The notes beneath the pieces were generated by a model that ran no database searches, was not told the DNA's origin, and worked only from the letters and a program-made list of their open reading frames with translations. DNA of 64,000 nucleotides from positions 42,346,001 through 42,410,000 of the forward strand of contig OX597838.1 in NCBI GenBank assembly GCA_951406725.2, in the 5' to 3' direction. The position numbers and the translations under genes were made by a program. Positions 16,266-32,400 of the stretch are shown one piece after another. Origin of the DNA: Octopus vulgaris (lineage: Eukaryota). Position 1 is the first letter of the stretch, and every line of letters starts with the position of its first letter.

Positions 16266-18104
16266 CTCGTTACAGGAGAAGTTGTTGATTTAAATTAGAG
16301 TGGTTCGTCTGACACCAAATGGAAAGAAAAGCCAACATAGAATAACTTTAATGATAAAGCGTTGAAATTTTAAATGAAAAGCTAAAACAGATTTTCAAGA
16401 GAAACAAAATAACAGCAGCCAGTCACTAATCTATAAATAAGTCACAGTGCATTCTTGGTGGATTCTTTCAGGAATCAATAGAATTACTTGGAAATTTATT
16501 TTCAGCCAAAAAATAAATTATGTACACAAAAATGAAACAAGGAACAGGTTTATGAAATAAAAATTCTAAATAAGTCACAGCTAACATTACACACTATTTT
16601 AAACATCCACAACCAAAATGCTTCGAGTTATAAATACTTGATTTTTTTTTACAAGTAAACCAGTAACATAATGAAATTGTTTCGATCTAAAAAAAAAAAA
16701 AAACCTACCTCAGCTTCTAACAAATATTGGATATTCAAACAGCAGTCAAATTTAACCTCACAGCAAGAAATTAATAAAAATCAATAAGGTTTTTAGTTAG
16801 CACCAAAAAAATGTCTGCATGCATGAGCTTCCAGAAAATTGAAGGAAAATATTACTTGAGAACAATCAATTTAAAATATGCTATAAAAATGAAACAAGAT
16901 TTTTTTTTCTTTCAGATAACCTTCAAAAGATGAGATTTAAAATAAATATCAATAGGAACACTTCTGACAACAGAAGCTAAAGTAAAACTAAAGGTTAACG
17001 ACTGAACCTCAATTTTGAATTGATTTATTAGGAAAAAGAAGAACAAAAATAATCTAAAGCTTCTACATTTATCAATTTTAAAATCTTATCTAACCCAATT
17101 TGCTGATGTCAATTGATCTGTGGAATGAAGAACAAAAGTTAAAGATAAGGATTCTTACTTACACAAGACATTCTATGTTAACAATGAATTCATTTTTTTT
17201 TAAAGCATAACCTAAATTTATTCTATTCAAAAATAAAGCAAATTCATCTTACTGAAAGCAATCAAAATACCATCTAAGCACCTAAATTGTTCTTTAAATC
17301 CAAGTCAAATCACAGAAAGACATTCCAGCTGTGATTATCTTATTTTGTTATATTTTTTTGTTAAAGAAATAGTATATCTAGGGCTACAATATCCAATATC
17401 TTCTTTCTTTAAAACTGCTAGGTGTGATTTGAAGAAAAACTAGTTACTATTTCTAGCAGGTTCAGTAACAAAGGGAAGACACCTTTGTTAAATCAAATAC
17501 CTTATCATGAAATTAAACACCCAAGTATTTGAAAAACTGTACAGAGTATGACATCCTGAACTTTGGCAACTATAGTCACTGAATCTCTATGGTCTATAGT
17601 TACAAGAAACAATTTTGCAGCCCACATAATAGAGATACCAGGTGTCGATTGACATGTTAACAAATGCAAAAGTATATGAGAGGACAACTCACTCTAATTT
17701 GTCACTATCTAGTATTTGTTAGCTAATCAAATACTGATGCATACCAATGGTACTTTTTGATTGTCATATACCACAGAAGCCTTACAGATGGTAATGTCAT
17801 TCAATTCTTATTTCCCAGATTATAGTTATTATGGAGATAAAGAAAAAAATCCATGTTGCCATTAGGCATATCTTAGTCTCAGAAGAGGCAAGATATCCAC
17901 CTTTTTCAATGCTAACACTTAGACATATACAAATTGTGAAGAAGTATTTACAATGAGTAAAGCAGCTATTTCTGATATTACAAATCAATATTAATTAACA
18001 TGCCATTTTAATTAAATCTGGCATTCAATTCATATGCCTTTATGTAAGGAAATTATATCAAACAGTTTTATAACAATTCTCTTGCCTGGCCTATATATAA
18101 TCCT

Positions 18105-18303
18105 TTAACCCTTTCAATACCAACCAAAGACTACCCAGTCTTGGGTGATCTAAATTAAACCTTTGCAACAAAATTTTATATTAATTTATATTGTGAATAT
18201 CAGCTCAATAATGACAAAGTTATTTTACTAAATATTTCATTATTTTCAAAATTAACTGAGACCCAAAAAATGTCTTTCAGCAGAAATGTAATAAAAGAGT
18301 TAA
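18105..18303. mobile_element. piggyBac-type MITE family D
   Basis: TTAA-CCCTTT...AAAGAG-TTAA ends. Confidence 0.65.
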
Positions 18304-18690
18304 TTGTAGACTTTAGTTTTAGTCAGTGCCCTCGAGGGTTAATTGATCATATTAACCCAACTAGTTCAATCCTTATCAGAACAGTTTTTAGATGGGAGTA
18401 AACATATACACAGACACATATACAACAAGCTTCCACTCACAATTCATAACCCAAGACTATAGTTAAAAAAAAACCCCATCGGTCTAATGGATGCTAGTAG
18501 CATCAAACCCAGAACTACAAGGTCGTAAAGCAAATTTCTTAAGCACATAGCCATATCACCAACTATTAAGTTTCTTTTTATATTTTATTTTATTCTATTT
18601 TTACATTTCCAAAGAAACTATGTTTGATAATGAAAAAACAGAAAACCCAAGACAACTGACTAATTTTTTTTCTGTATTGTAATTATTTCA

Positions 18691-18879
<189 letters not shown>

Positions 18880-19375
18880 TTAAATAATTATTTCAATCTT
18901 AAAATCTGCAAGTGTTTTAATACAAGTAAAAACAGAATGTAACAGAATGACATATATGTAAAAGGATAAAAAAAAAAAAAAGTTAATTTATGAATTATAA
19001 AAAAAATATATAAAAGAAAATGTTGTTCCACTTGTATAATAATTCTAATGGACATATGTCTAAACCCTGCTGACGACTGAATGGTTGCTGACAACTGAAT
19101 GGTTGCTGCCATCTTATAAGGTTTCTCATGTAAAACTCAAACAAGCAACTGGACTTCAGAGATTAATTTTAACTCATCAAGTTTAACCAGTCCTTTTAAG
19201 ATCGCTAACATTACTGTCTTCCAATAGTGCCATCACACACCTACGTCAAGTCTTTTATAAGAAGCAATCAGGCTAGAGGGAGGAGCAAGAAATTTACTTA
19301 TTTAGGACTTTGGTTTTTATTTCTACACCACCTCCCACTGAATCCACCACACACAAACAGACTGTTGCAATAGTG

Positions 19376-19591
19376 GTTTCAAATTTTGGCACAAAGCCAG
19401 CAATTCCGGGAGAGTGGGGGGGGGGGTCGATTATATCGACCCTAGAGCTCAACTGGTACTTATTTTACTGACCCTGAAAGGATGAAAGGCAAACTCAATC
19501 TCAGTAGAATTTGAACTCAGAGCATTAAGATGGACAAAATGCCATTAAGCATTTCGCCCAGTGTGCTAACGACTGTGCCAGCTTGCCACTT
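19376..19591 (-). mobile_element. SINE family A copy, near full length
   Basis: CCCTGAAAGGATGAAAGGCAAA...TTTGAACTCAG...GTGTGCTAACG is the reverse complement of the family consensus. Confidence 0.82.
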
Positions 19592-22539
19592 TAGATTGCT
19601 GCAATATTATCAGATATTTTCTCTTTCTGCCTTTATCATATTTACTGCACACAAAACTTCTGCCAGACTTCCTGACATTTGCTTCATACACAGTTACCAA
19701 GTGCAAAAACTTCAGTCATTTCAGTGTGAGGTGGTAAGTCCTAACGGGGTTACTCTTGTTTTTAGCCTATTCTCCAGCAAACTCCAACCCTTGGCAAACC
19801 TTTTGACAATTTTCCCGTTATGAACATCTACAAAAAATAACTGTGCTACAGTTTTGTAAATGGAGCAATCAAACTCCTCATCATGCCAAATTAACAAGAC
19901 ATCATCATCACCATCTGTGGCAATGGAAACAGTAAGATCAGTCTTTCCTGCTTTGAGCCTGTCAACTTAATAACCACTAGTAGGATTTCTATAAAAATAA
20001 ATCTACAAGCGATCTGCTTTCCTACACCACACTAGGGACCTCTAACTGTGTGAACTTTAGCAAAAGCAACATTATTGTCACATCTGTCACAATCTCTAGT
20101 CACCATGAACAGATGTTGGAGAAACCTTTTAAAGAGAAGGAAATCTGGTCTTTTACAGTAGATACAAAGCAATCACTACACAAAGGAAATATAGTCCTTA
20201 ACTCTTGGACATGGAAACACACAAAGCCCTCTGCAAGCATATGCAACTACAACTCTGTCAAAACAGCTCCCAAATACTTCTAAAAATATTACTGACTGTT
20301 GCTATGCTCCCATATGCTGTTTCTTCTCTTTGTTTCTTACAGTTATTGCAATGGCTTCTACTCATTGAAATTTAGGAACTGTTAAAATAACAATCTGATG
20401 TTGCTATTGGAACAAGAGATTTCTAAGAACAGTAATGACATACAATTGAAAAGAATATGAACTAATGCAATTATTTTTAATAATAAGCAAATAATTGATT
20501 CATGATTAAGCAAGGACATCAAATTTAGATAATTTGCCTAAGTATGAACATGTTGATGTAGTCAGATGATATTTTTTACTAAATTGTGACTATACAGAAT
20601 TAGTCTCAGGGAGAAAGATAATCAGTAACACGCAGCTGAAGCTAAGAACTGAAATCAGATCCCCTGCCATCACTACTAGACACACAATTTTGATTTAGCT
20701 ACAAATTACGCCATCATCTAGCCAATCCAATAAAATTATTTAAAAACCATTTTCCCAAAGACCTTTAACAAACTCTTTTAAAGAAATTAAGAGCGAAAAT
20801 CAATATTCTTGACCTTAAGAGGATGTAGTTATGATGTAGCAGAATAAAATACAAGGCTGTGAAGTCAGAGTTGGAAGCAATTATTGGTTTGCTGCTAGAA
20901 AAAAAAAAAAAAAAAAAAGCCCCAAAACTCCAAATACATTGAATTAAAATTGTCAGTTTCACAGAGATTAATTGGACTCTTTACAACAAAGAAAATAATT
21001 CAGGTTTCAGGACTTAACTTTCTAGCATTTTAATTTAATGTAATCTTTCATGTTACATTTCATTTTATAATCCAACATAAAATGAAGGGTTGAGTATCTA
21101 AAGAATTTCTTGTAGCCTATCTGTAACCTTTAAATCCAAACTTGTAAGTAACCTGATGATTACACACTGGCCACCTGCAGTGTATGCTCTCAACAATCCA
21201 TATAGCTAATTATATAAACTGATTAATCTAATTACAGTGGTACGATAAACTGAAGAGTCCAAGTCAAAGGTTTCACATACCAACTTCACAACCCTAATAT
21301 CTTTTTAGTTGTTGCAGATAGGTTAAAACTTTCCATCAAGTACCAGTAAGATTATTAACTCAAAATATTAAAGAACAAAAAGAATGTATTCAATGTAAGA
21401 GAGAAAATGTCAAATGAAGTGTTTAGTGTTATGAATTAGATTAAAATGGTTACGAAAAATAGGAGGTGGGGTAGACTTTCAGCAGTGATATGAGTATTTT
21501 GAAATTAAGCCTGCAAAAAGTTCTGAAAGATTAAACAGATTTCACATGACAACTGCCAAAAAAGACTCATGCCATGCACAAAAAATTATTATACCAAGGA
21601 AAACAGCTATGTGTTAATCAGGATTTTATAAAAATATTCAACATGTTGATATATGAAACTAAAACCAAAGATTTCATTTCTAAAATAAGATAGACAATTC
21701 TAGAATTGACATCGCAAGAAATATTAGAGAACAGGTTGTATGTGAATGTCTCCCAAATAATATCTTACACTGTAAAGCTATTTGCAAAATTCTATAAAGT
21801 AAGAATGATTGAGAAATAATGGGAAAAAAAATCAAAGCAGCACTGAATTCTAAAACAATTTCAAACTACATCAGGTTATTCACCAGACAGCTCAAGTTAT
21901 TTTCAAATATGTTGCAGTTGATCTTATTGAATAAAAGACTGCAGTTGATGGAATTGGTAATTAAAATATATAAAGTAAAAAGAGCAGAAAAATATAATTC
22001 CATAAATTATATTTGAAAATATTACACATTAAAAAGTAGGGAAAAACAAAATTCCATTAAGAGTTTAAAATTGATTGATTGAACCTGAATTTTTTATCTT
22101 TATTTAGACATTATTATTATTATTATATTTTAACGAATTGTGGTGTAGTTAAAAATATTATTTAGCACAGATGACAGAGTGAGCAGCAGTCTTCCATGCA
22201 AACTATGTGAAAGCCTGTTTTATAACAGTCCAACATTGAACATTTGTTTAAATAACTAGCCATCACAAACCATCAAAGCCAAGTGCAGACTTTCTTCACA
22301 CTTTCTACACCAATGTATCCAGTTGGAACTGATCAAACCAGTCTTGCAGCAGCTCTACTCAAACACTGCTATTCCCACCACCACCGCTTGCCAGGAAGTA
22401 TCCAGAAACTTATATCTAAAGACTACTCGTCTCCACTTTCTCTGGCCGACAACCATATTCAGTAGAATAACTGGTCTCGTCGTAACAATGGATTAAAAAG
22501 GTAAGTCAGATGCTCTTTGGATTGCTAGAATAAGGAATA

Positions 22540-22640
22540 GTTAACCTCTACAAGACAAAGGAAACATGAAACTGTAGTCGTCACCCAGCAACTGGCAACA
22601 TTCAACATTGACATTGCTGCAGAGAAGCCGATCTCAGTTA
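22540..22640 (+). mobile_element. RTE endonuclease N-terminal remnant
   Basis: ETVVVTQQLATFNIDIAA resembles the RTE pattern RTALVARELARYNIDIAAL. Confidence 0.45.
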
Positions 22641-25600
22641 CCATCTCTTTTGGAAATGGAAATCTCAATAAGAAAGGTGTGTGCTATTGATTATGATGAT
22701 GACGACAGCATGCAGCACGATTTGCTGTAAAAAAATTAAACTGGTGGAAGATCTGAAGCTAAACACAAACACCAAAAACAAAGAAAAGAAAGAAAAAAAG
22801 TCCTCTCATTTGAGAATACTTCTGAAGGATTCACTGCCTTTACCTTTTCTCTCCACTTGGTGTGCACAGGCATAACGATATACATACAAGTATGCACATA
22901 CATTAACATTTTTCATATAGGCTTGTTCTAAGTTGGAATGGGTCAATAATGGCTATGTGAGGCAGTAATCCACAACCGGATGCCTTTCCTAACACCAAAC
23001 CTTGTTTTTCAATTAAATTATATTCTCCTAAGCCTTGGCACAGCTAACTGCTGCTTGCTTTATTTCTGCGACATCTACACTGACAAACTACCATCACACA
23101 CACACAGCCACGCACTATCTGTTCATGGTTTTCTGTCTCATTTGTATGCTATTGTCTTCTGCATTCTAAACACTTTCCTTTGTAGCACCCATCACCTCAG
23201 TAATATTAACTATCCAGAAGTGCGGTACCATGAAATTTGAAGTTTTAAGACTTTGCACTGAAATTAGGCTAAATCTGATAAGATATTCTGCCATTTTCCT
23301 TTCCTGTTAAATTACTTGTACCCTGAGAGTTTGCTCTGGCATCCTGTCACTATATCTCTGTCTGCTCCCCAGCTGCTGCTACTGCTACTACTACTCATTC
23401 CTATATCATACTTCAGTATCTGAGTATCTGGTATAAAGTCCCCTCCCCCTCCTTACCTCCATGCCCAAGGTTTGTTTGTTTTCCTCAGTGACCTCACTAG
23501 TACCAGTAGCATGGAAAAGGCACCCATTACACACTGTAAGGTAGTCGGTATTGGGAGGGGCACCCAGCCATAGAAATCATGCTACAGATGACACATGGAA
23601 AAAAAAATTAAAAAAAAAAAAATTCGATTAAATGACAAAGATGCTGATGATGTCTTATTTTGTAGAACAGACAAGTTTACAGAGAGAGTACACTGTCCAG
23701 TGTATTACCCTTTATTTTAAATGGTGAAATAGAGTTTGACAGAAACTCAGCTATTAGAAGAAGGTCAATGCTTTCTTGTGTATCATTAGTACAAAGAAAT
23801 GTAAAATGTAAAATACACCCATCACTTTGGAACAAACCACAAGCACCACTGGAGGAGTGGGGAGAGGATACAATGGAATTCCACTGTAGCTAGAAATACT
23901 GAGAGGACATGTTTGGAATGTCCTTGACAATAGGGTTGATCTCAGGCTAAACCATAACTATTGTAGAAGAGAAAATGCATGCCTGTACACAAGTGATCGT
24001 TAAGATTCATAATTAGAGAGGTGGGGAGGGGGAGTCCTTGAACATTAAGAACTGACCTACAACAAACTCCTAACAGATATCTGTGATTTGGAGTAGCAGT
24101 GATCAAAAAGGCTGCATATGTAGAACTTGGTTACCGTTGAGAACTGACCTACAATGGATGTCTAACATACTGTAAAATGAAATCACAAGTTGATTAAGTA
24201 GAACATAGACTTTGATACGTAATAATATTGATTTCAAATATTAGTACAAGGTCATACATTGAGGTGAAAACAACCAATTAAATTTCTCTTCTCCACCCCT
24301 TCCCAGCTTCTTGTTTGGAACCTTATCAATTCCAGAAAGATAGGAGGTATAAATGAACAAAAATGAGATTTGGACCCAGAACATAAAGTACCATAACAAA
24401 ATCCCACAAGGCAATAAATAAAAGCTGCCATATAAACAAAAGCATGATGATGAAAGATAAGGAGTGCAAGTGATGAAATGAAATCACAAGTTTTTAGTCC
24501 TCCACAGGTGCACATCCACACACACCTTTCAAACTCTATATTCCACATTCATCTCACTCCCTTTCACTTTTACATGAAGACTTTAAAATAAAGCTCTTGA
24601 TTCTTTGTGCAATGAGAGAAGCCAATAAAAAGTCTCCCAGTTTAGTGACAAACAAGGGGAAAAAAAAAAAAAAAAAAAAGACAAGTTCACGGATGAGTTG
24701 CCACAATATTTAAAATCGGCTTTCATTGAAACACTGTTTCTGAAGCCGAAATCTATACGAAAGAAAATAAGTGACATTGTTGTGATCTGGAATGACCCAA
24801 CTTCTAAGTAATGATCTTACTATGTATCCCAATGATTAGATCAGGGAATAATTTGTAATTTTAAGACAAAATGATAAACAATGGTGTAAGAAAAAAAAAC
24901 AACATAAAAACATACTAGATGATATGGAAGAAAACCAGATTGTTTTCAAAGATATAGAAAAAGTATTTAATATTCTTCACTGTGTGAAGAGGAAAGCAAT
25001 GGTAATTAGTGAAATTAAGAAAACTGCTTTAAGTACGTTTTGTGTGTCTATTAGCTGTGAATGGTAGTAATGCTAAAACAAGGAAAAAAAAAAAACCTTA
25101 AACACAGAAATATTATCACCTGTTCAACAGGAGGTGACAGCTTAGATGATCTAATTGTGTTAAAAAAAAAAAAAACTGAAAAATTGTTTGTAGAACAGGA
25201 ATTGAATGAAAGAAAATATTTAGTTGGCAGAAATAATTCCAAATGCAAGTAATTGATAGTTGATCAGACATAAAACTACATCAACTGTCAAAAATAGACT
25301 ACAAATGGCAAAACAATCTAAAACCCATTTCTTTAAGAATGATCCCACTATGGAACACAGTTTGAAAGTCAGAGAGATTTAAGGCATTGAATAGTATTAT
25401 ATGAAAGTGAGTTGAAAAAAGTTATGCAGCTTAAAATTAGATGAGACTGCTGGTTATATTGAATATAGAAGACAAGGCAAGAAACAATAGTAATGGTGCT
25501 AAAGATTTACAATATCAAAAAGAAACAAAAAGAAAATTGTTTCAATATCTTCCAACAAAAATAAGTGAACAGAATGAGCAGAATTCCAAAGAAAGACCAT

Positions 25601-25766
25601 GTAGAATAACCTCTACAAGATTTACTCTTACTGGACTGTAAGCCATGTTGGGAATCCCAAAAGGTTTTATTAAGCCCTGTTTGTTAAACCACTAAGTTAG
25701 GGGACATACTGACACAACACAAGTGCTTACATCAAGTGTAAATGTAGCAAGATACAGATATACACC

Positions 25767-25809
<43 letters not shown>

Positions 25810-28099
25810 TGTTGTAATTCTATGTTCATCTCTCCAAATAACAAAAAAACAAGAGAGAAATGAGTGAAACTTATCAAATATTCAAACTTAATAAACTAGG
25901 GAAACATGAAAGTGGTGGCAGTGATGGTGGGGGAAAGGTTTACTGAAATAATTTTGAAATATTTACAAGAAAAATCAAAATGTAAAAGTGCTTTGACATA
26001 TTCTTGTTAGATGTGAACAAACAGGCCCCTGATTTCTTTGAAATTATAATTGTTATAAACATACTGTGAAGACAGTGAGAGGATTGGTGGGTGAAGTAAG
26101 AGAGAGGTGAATCTAAGTAGGGGCAGAAAGTGATTAGAGTGAACAAGGCACAGAGCTGTTGGGTTTCAGCAAAGAAAGGTTTAAAATAAACAATAAAAGC
26201 AACATTTATATTAAAATTGAAATTGAAGATTTTAATAACATTTTAAATTGTTTCAAACGATTAAAGTTTTGCTTACGTATACACTTGTGTTACTATCATT
26301 ACAACCATCACACGCATACATACACCATTATTTACAAGCAAAATTAGTAAATTTCAAATTTTCTTTATTTTAAAAATAAAAACATTAAGAAATATATAAA
26401 CATGAAATTTTATAATATTGGAATTAAGAAAAATAGTGGCAGATTTCAGGGTGCAATAAAAAAGCTTGTACATAAAAGGCAAGATAAGGTGTTTGGTAAT
26501 ACTAAACAACAAAACAGTTAAAAATATAAACCATGAGAAACAATATAAAAGCAAGCAAGTTTCCATCCAAAAATATAAACAAATAAACTAAAATGCAACA
26601 AAAATTATCTTTATGTAAATCAATAGTGTGGCATGACAAAATGTTGTATTTATCAGTCATTAGTTAAAATGTGCAACTGGAAATTTTTCATTTATTTTTG
26701 AGAAAATTTACAGGTAAGTTTTAAAAAGATTCATTAAATGTTTTGTAATACAATAGGAATAATTTATCAAATTATGTTCTTGAGAAAAATAAACTCCAAT
26801 ATTAATTACACAGTATAATGATTTAATTTATCAATCAAAAAAGTATAATACTAAGTAGAGGATTATAAACAGCAGGCACAGGCATAAAAGCCATGCTCAT
26901 ATATATGAGAGAAATTTGAAAAATCTTCAGGGCATTACCAATTCTAGACTCTTTACAATCAATACCAACCCATGGGGAGGGGGTTATAATTGAAAATAAT
27001 AACAATGAGAGTTCAACTGATATTTAAAAGCTGTTTCATAAACTTAGCAATGGCCTACTTTCTGACCTAACTCACCTTCTTAAAACCTAGTTATCAAATC
27101 ATAACCCAAAGTCAATCACACATTTACATAAAAAGAACTGCAATACAGAAAATTTCAATTATATCAAGAGAACGACCAGAAATGCCAACATTTTTGCTTA
27201 TTTGTTATTTACCAACAAGAAAGCTATTGTACAATGTAACAGAAAAATAGGTTTTATAGTTAATAAACTAACTACAATATTATTACTATCAAGATTCCTC
27301 AAAATGGGTGCAAAATTTTACAGACACAACTCTTATAAAAAAGTAACTAAAAAAATTCTTAGCAAATATTTTTTAAACCCTTCTTATATTTTTCATTTGA
27401 TACATGCAGACATATATAATGGTCATATTGGGAAAGGTGGGGGGAGAACCACTGATTCATCAGAGAAAACTTAAGCTCTCCTAAAAATTCCATATTCTTT
27501 CATGGACCTTCATATGGGGTGCCTGAATACATTTCCTCAAAAACAATTAGTCAAATTCTTTGAAACAATGGTCTGTGTGAATCACCATTTCTCTGCAAAT
27601 CCACTCTTGAAAAGGCAGTTAATGGGGGAAGTCTTTCATTCAGAGTCACTGATGGTTCTAAAGCTCACTCACTCACAATCTAAAGAAATAAATAAAATAG
27701 AAAAAGAGAGAAAGAAAACCAGCCTTGTTGCAATTCAGATTTTGAAGAACTTTGCTGTTTGCACTTTCAAAGCTGTCATTACAAACCCATCACCAGTTGA
27801 CATTATACAAACCTTGCTTTGAACCAACTGCAGAAGCCAAAAGTTTGTCATTTCCCCCAGCTGTGGCAAAAAGAAAACCCCTAAAATTCTGAGATAGCAG
27901 CCAAAGCCTGTTTTTTTGCATTTTTTTAAAAAAAATCTGTTGCAGGTTAAATTTTATAATGTTGCTCAAGGTACATGAAAGAACCATTATACATGAAGGC
28001 CAGGAGAAAAAGGGTAGTGCTCAATGGCCTCTGCAGGTCCTCCAAGATTGGTCAGTGATTGATAGTTGATGATTGCAAAAAAAGACATGCAAATTGATT

Positions 28100-28460
28100 A
28101 GTGCTAGGCCTGGTGAGTTAGGCACAATATGGATAATAAATTAGTCAAGAGTAACAGGTAGTACTCCAGAGCAGAGGCCATTGCTGTGACAATAAGACAC
28201 AGAGAGGAGAAACAACACAATTGTGAACCAGAGGCTGATGCATGCCTCTCAATAACTTCATGCCAATCAGTCAAGTGGCCTTTCCTCTGGACGTGGTATA
28301 CGATGTCTGCATGTGTATAGTAGCAGCTCCGTCCAAAAGGTGAAATACCACAATCTCATATGGGTTCCACCAAAGTTTTGTAGAAAGTTGTTAGAGTATG
28401 AAGTATTTTCTGGCTCTCAAGAAAACGATCAGTTTTAAGATGCAGTCTTTGCTAGGTTAA
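28100..28460 (-). mobile_element. Degenerate LINE RT C-terminal fragment
   Basis: FLRARKYF..YKTLV..LLDGAA..VQRKA..QPLVH..NGLCS, frameshifted; typical post-RT region of CR1/Jockey-group LINEs. Confidence 0.55.
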
Positions 28461-31400
28461 GGATGTGTATAGGAGATCACGAATGATAGTGAGGTGTAGC
28501 ATTTGGACCAATGGCAAAGATTCTTGTGTGCAGCTATGTTTAAATTGGTGGTGCTGAGGTGCAATGTCTTTTTGTCTGTGTTTTTTTTTTTTTTTGGTGA
28601 AACAAGATTAAAATGATTTTATTGAAGGAAGTTTTGGAAGTCTATGTTTCATAGAACATATGAAAATTTGGTGCAGTGTTTCTAGGCTTCATGTGTTAGG
28701 AAGGAACGAGGAATTGCATTCTGTGTATGGGTAGGCATTGTTGGCAGTGGCAGTAAGTAGGTCATTAATGTATAGGGGGAAAAGTGGGGTGGGAGGAACC
28801 AAACCATGGGGTACATCAAAGTTGATGTAGTGTCCAGCAGACAGAACTCCAACAAAGGATGTTAATAGTGTGAACTGACAGGAAGCTATTTATCTCACAT
28901 CCATGAACCAGTAACAGAGGGAGATATTTATTCAGAATGACTCTCATAAGACATGTCATTTAAAAACTGCACCTGGTTGGCAAGATGTACCCAACGAACA
29001 TATTCCACCATTCAGTCTGGACTTTTTTCTTCTAAAACAATTATTCTAGTTTGTCTTTTGAAAATTTGATATCAATAAATTCAAGTACTAGCTTTACCAG
29101 TTTTCATGAATATATTGCATGAAAATTAAGACCTAAATAATTTGATTGCTTGTCTTTACTTTATTGTTCAAATTAAACTTATTTGTTAAATTAATTTCAT
29201 TTTAAAGAGAGCTAAACAACCATTAGCACACCAATCATAAATCAAACATTGCCTGGTGGTAAAATTCACATTCAAGTAACTTGGGTAAAAAACGATTTTA
29301 CGAAAAAGGCTACACTTCTGAAGGAAGTGATCTTGTACTGACAAACTGAAACTCCTCAAAACTCAAACTGATTGAATATTAATTTAGCTTTATGTAATAT
29401 AAAAGGATTTCAGTAGACAACCCAAACAAGAGTTCTACAAAAGATGAAGTTCTTTTTTTTAACAAACGAGAAAACTAGCCTATGAAAGTAAAAAAGAAAA
29501 AAAAAATTAGATATGCATCAAAGAAAGAGAAATATAAGTGTTTGAACATATCGGTGTAATGTACCTAGAATTTTAGAAGTGAAAGAAACATACCAGAGAT
29601 GAAATAAAAATAAGTTTCTCGCAGGAAATGAAAAGGATATTTAGGAGAGTTAATATACTAAGTACCTTTCAGTACCTTGGACAGCAAGTTATGTCTTTCT
29701 TCCCAGTCAGGTCCTGAAATTTCAAGGCGTTCTAAATTATGTTGCGAGGAGAAGCGGATAGAATAATTCAGGAGTTTCTTGGCACAGAAAATAGAGAAAT
29801 GCATGACTGGGTCTTGGTTTTCAATTTGATCCAAAAATATATGTACATATATATGTATGCATATTATATTATACACATGTGCACACATATGTACATGCCC
29901 ATACACACGTGCACATTTATGTTCTTATGCACATACATGAACATGTTTACATACAAACATAACCTACAGACAACCATATGTACACAGATACATGCATACA
30001 CATGCATTTACATGTATATGCATACATTATATATTACACTTAGGAAACTGACTAAAGTTACTTGTTTACGTAAATTGAAATAGATAAATTGATGGATGAA
30101 ATTTTTTTTTAAATGCTATCTCAACACCAAAACAAATATTGTTACCTGAAGACAGTTATTACTAAAATCTTAATTACTAAATAGAGACCAATTAGAATTA
30201 ACCATTTAAAATAGGTATAGTTTAAAGACCAAAGTATAATAATGATATTAATAATAAATTGTAACTGACTGTAACAAACCTAATTTGTTTAGGATTAAAT
30301 CAAAATTGAAGGATTAACAAATAGTAAAAGCTGTTTAAAAAAATATAATTCCTCACATTAGCAACTAAAAATGTAAATAAAAAGAAAGCAAGCTACAAAA
30401 AAAAAAAACACAAACTGAAAAGGTAAATAATAGTCCTCCAGCACAAGCAAGCAAGCAGAGAGCTTGTATCAGGTGCAATGAAATAACAAGCATTCTATTT
30501 ATAATTATGATAAAACTACCATCAATGCACCAGAGGAAAAAACTAGTTGCAGTGAATGGTCAGGTTTTTTTCAATTGATATTGGCCAATTGTACACAAGA
30601 AATTGACAGCATAATGACAATTAATTTGAAATAAAATTGAACAGATGAAATACACACTACCATCTTATCCAACAATTAGTTTTAATTACTGTTTCCATAT
30701 AAAGTAAGATTATGATTTTAAAAACAAAGAAAAATTTTAATTGTATTCCAGATATGAAGATACAAAAATCTAAGTAAATAATTTGTGAGATACGAGATAT
30801 TCCAACAGAAATTTGGGACATTTTCTAATACAGAATATTAAACCCAGCCTCCGCATGAATTAGCTGTAATAATCATAGGATATACTCAGAACTATTCATA
30901 GAGGTCAAATTATTTGTGAATAATACAAATCATCATCATTGTTTAATGCCTATTTTCCCCTGCTTGTATAGGTTAGACACAATTCATTGAGACAGATTTT
31001 ATATGGTTGGATGCCCTTCCCGTCACCAACCCTCACCAGTTTCAAAGCAAGTTAACACATCATGGAAGACTAAACAAACAATACAGCTTATATGGACTGT
31101 GATGCTCATCACAGGTCAAGTCAAAGGTACACTCAAACACACCACCATCGTCATTTAACATCTGTTTTCCATGCTGGCATGGGTTGGATGATTTGACTGA
31201 GGACTGGTAAGCCAGGAGGCTGCACCAGGCTCCAATCCAATCCAGCAAGGTTTCATTATAATTCAATGACTGTTCAACCCATGCTACCATGGATCGAACA
31301 GTTTGACAGAGTCCAGTGAGCTACTGAGCTACATCAAGTGCCACCGTCAGCTTTGGCATATTTTCTATGGGTGGATATCTTTCCTGATGCCAACCACTGT

Positions 31401-32039
31401 ACTGTGTGTATTTGGTGCTTTTTACTTGCCACTGGTACAAGTGAGGATGTGGAATAATTTGCAAGATGAGAAAAGAACAGATAAAAAGTTCCCTCAGTGG
31501 TTTTTATGCCAGGAGTTGAGAGGTTGAAAGTATGATAGATCAAGCACAGGTGTCTTGCTGTAGAGGAGACACATGTGGGAGCAGTTGAAAAGGCAGAGAT
31601 GGTGGCGATGAGATGCCAGAGCATATCAAGGCAAAAAGGCAGGTTGGAAGGAGAGAGGAGGAGAAGTTTGATAAGATTGTGAGTGGAGAGTAATAGATGG
31701 GTAGAGGCAGAAGTGAATATAGTGAGTGATGAACGAGGGTGGAGGTGCAGTTGATGGAGATGGGGTAAAGTGGGAGAAATATACAGAGCTCAGGAGAGAA
31801 ATTAAATCAAAAAGTAGGAAGATGTGCAAGGTGTAGGAGCAGTAAAGACAGAGATGTTGACTGCCATATGCAAAGAAGTGGGGGTGGGGAAGGCAACATG
31901 TCCTGACAGTTTAAGTGATTGCAGCAGGTGAGTAGTGCCATAGACAAGAGAGTGTTGGACATTCAGGAGATGAAATGTGGGGAAGAGTTGACGGGGATGA
32001 GAGGATGGAGGAGAGAAACAGTGCCAAGGTGGTTTTAGG

Positions 32040-32400
32040 ACATCATTTATGCTGTAATGGCCAGGATGTCTTGTGTACAGCAAATCACCAATCATTTCGA
32101 TCCTTTGTCCATCTCCTCTGTAAGACTGAGCATATTGCAATGAATTCCACTACTTTGTCCCATGTCTTCCTGGGTTTCCCTCTTCCACAAGCTCCATCTC
32201 TATGCAACTGTTCTTATCCATATGTATCACATAACCAAACCAGCAGTTTTCTCTCTTTTACATTCTATATTTGATCTCTCTGATGCCCAATTTTCCATTC
32301 AATACATTAGCACTTTGTTACACATGCACACTGATATTGTACATCCCATGGAGCATACTAGTTCACTCTTCTCTAGTCATTTGCATGTACTCTGCATTCA
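32040..32400 (-). mobile_element. RTE LINE 3' fragment
   Basis: Minus strand encodes ...DGACGRGKPRKTWDKVV...TKDRNDW, then ends in an ATGATG-like tail. Confidence 0.65.

Noticed and set aside
19069-19108. Short tandem duplication GCTGAC(G/A)ACTGAATGGTT x2 (and a similar direct repeat near 24050/24140)
   Set aside because: An ordinary local duplication with no sign of function.
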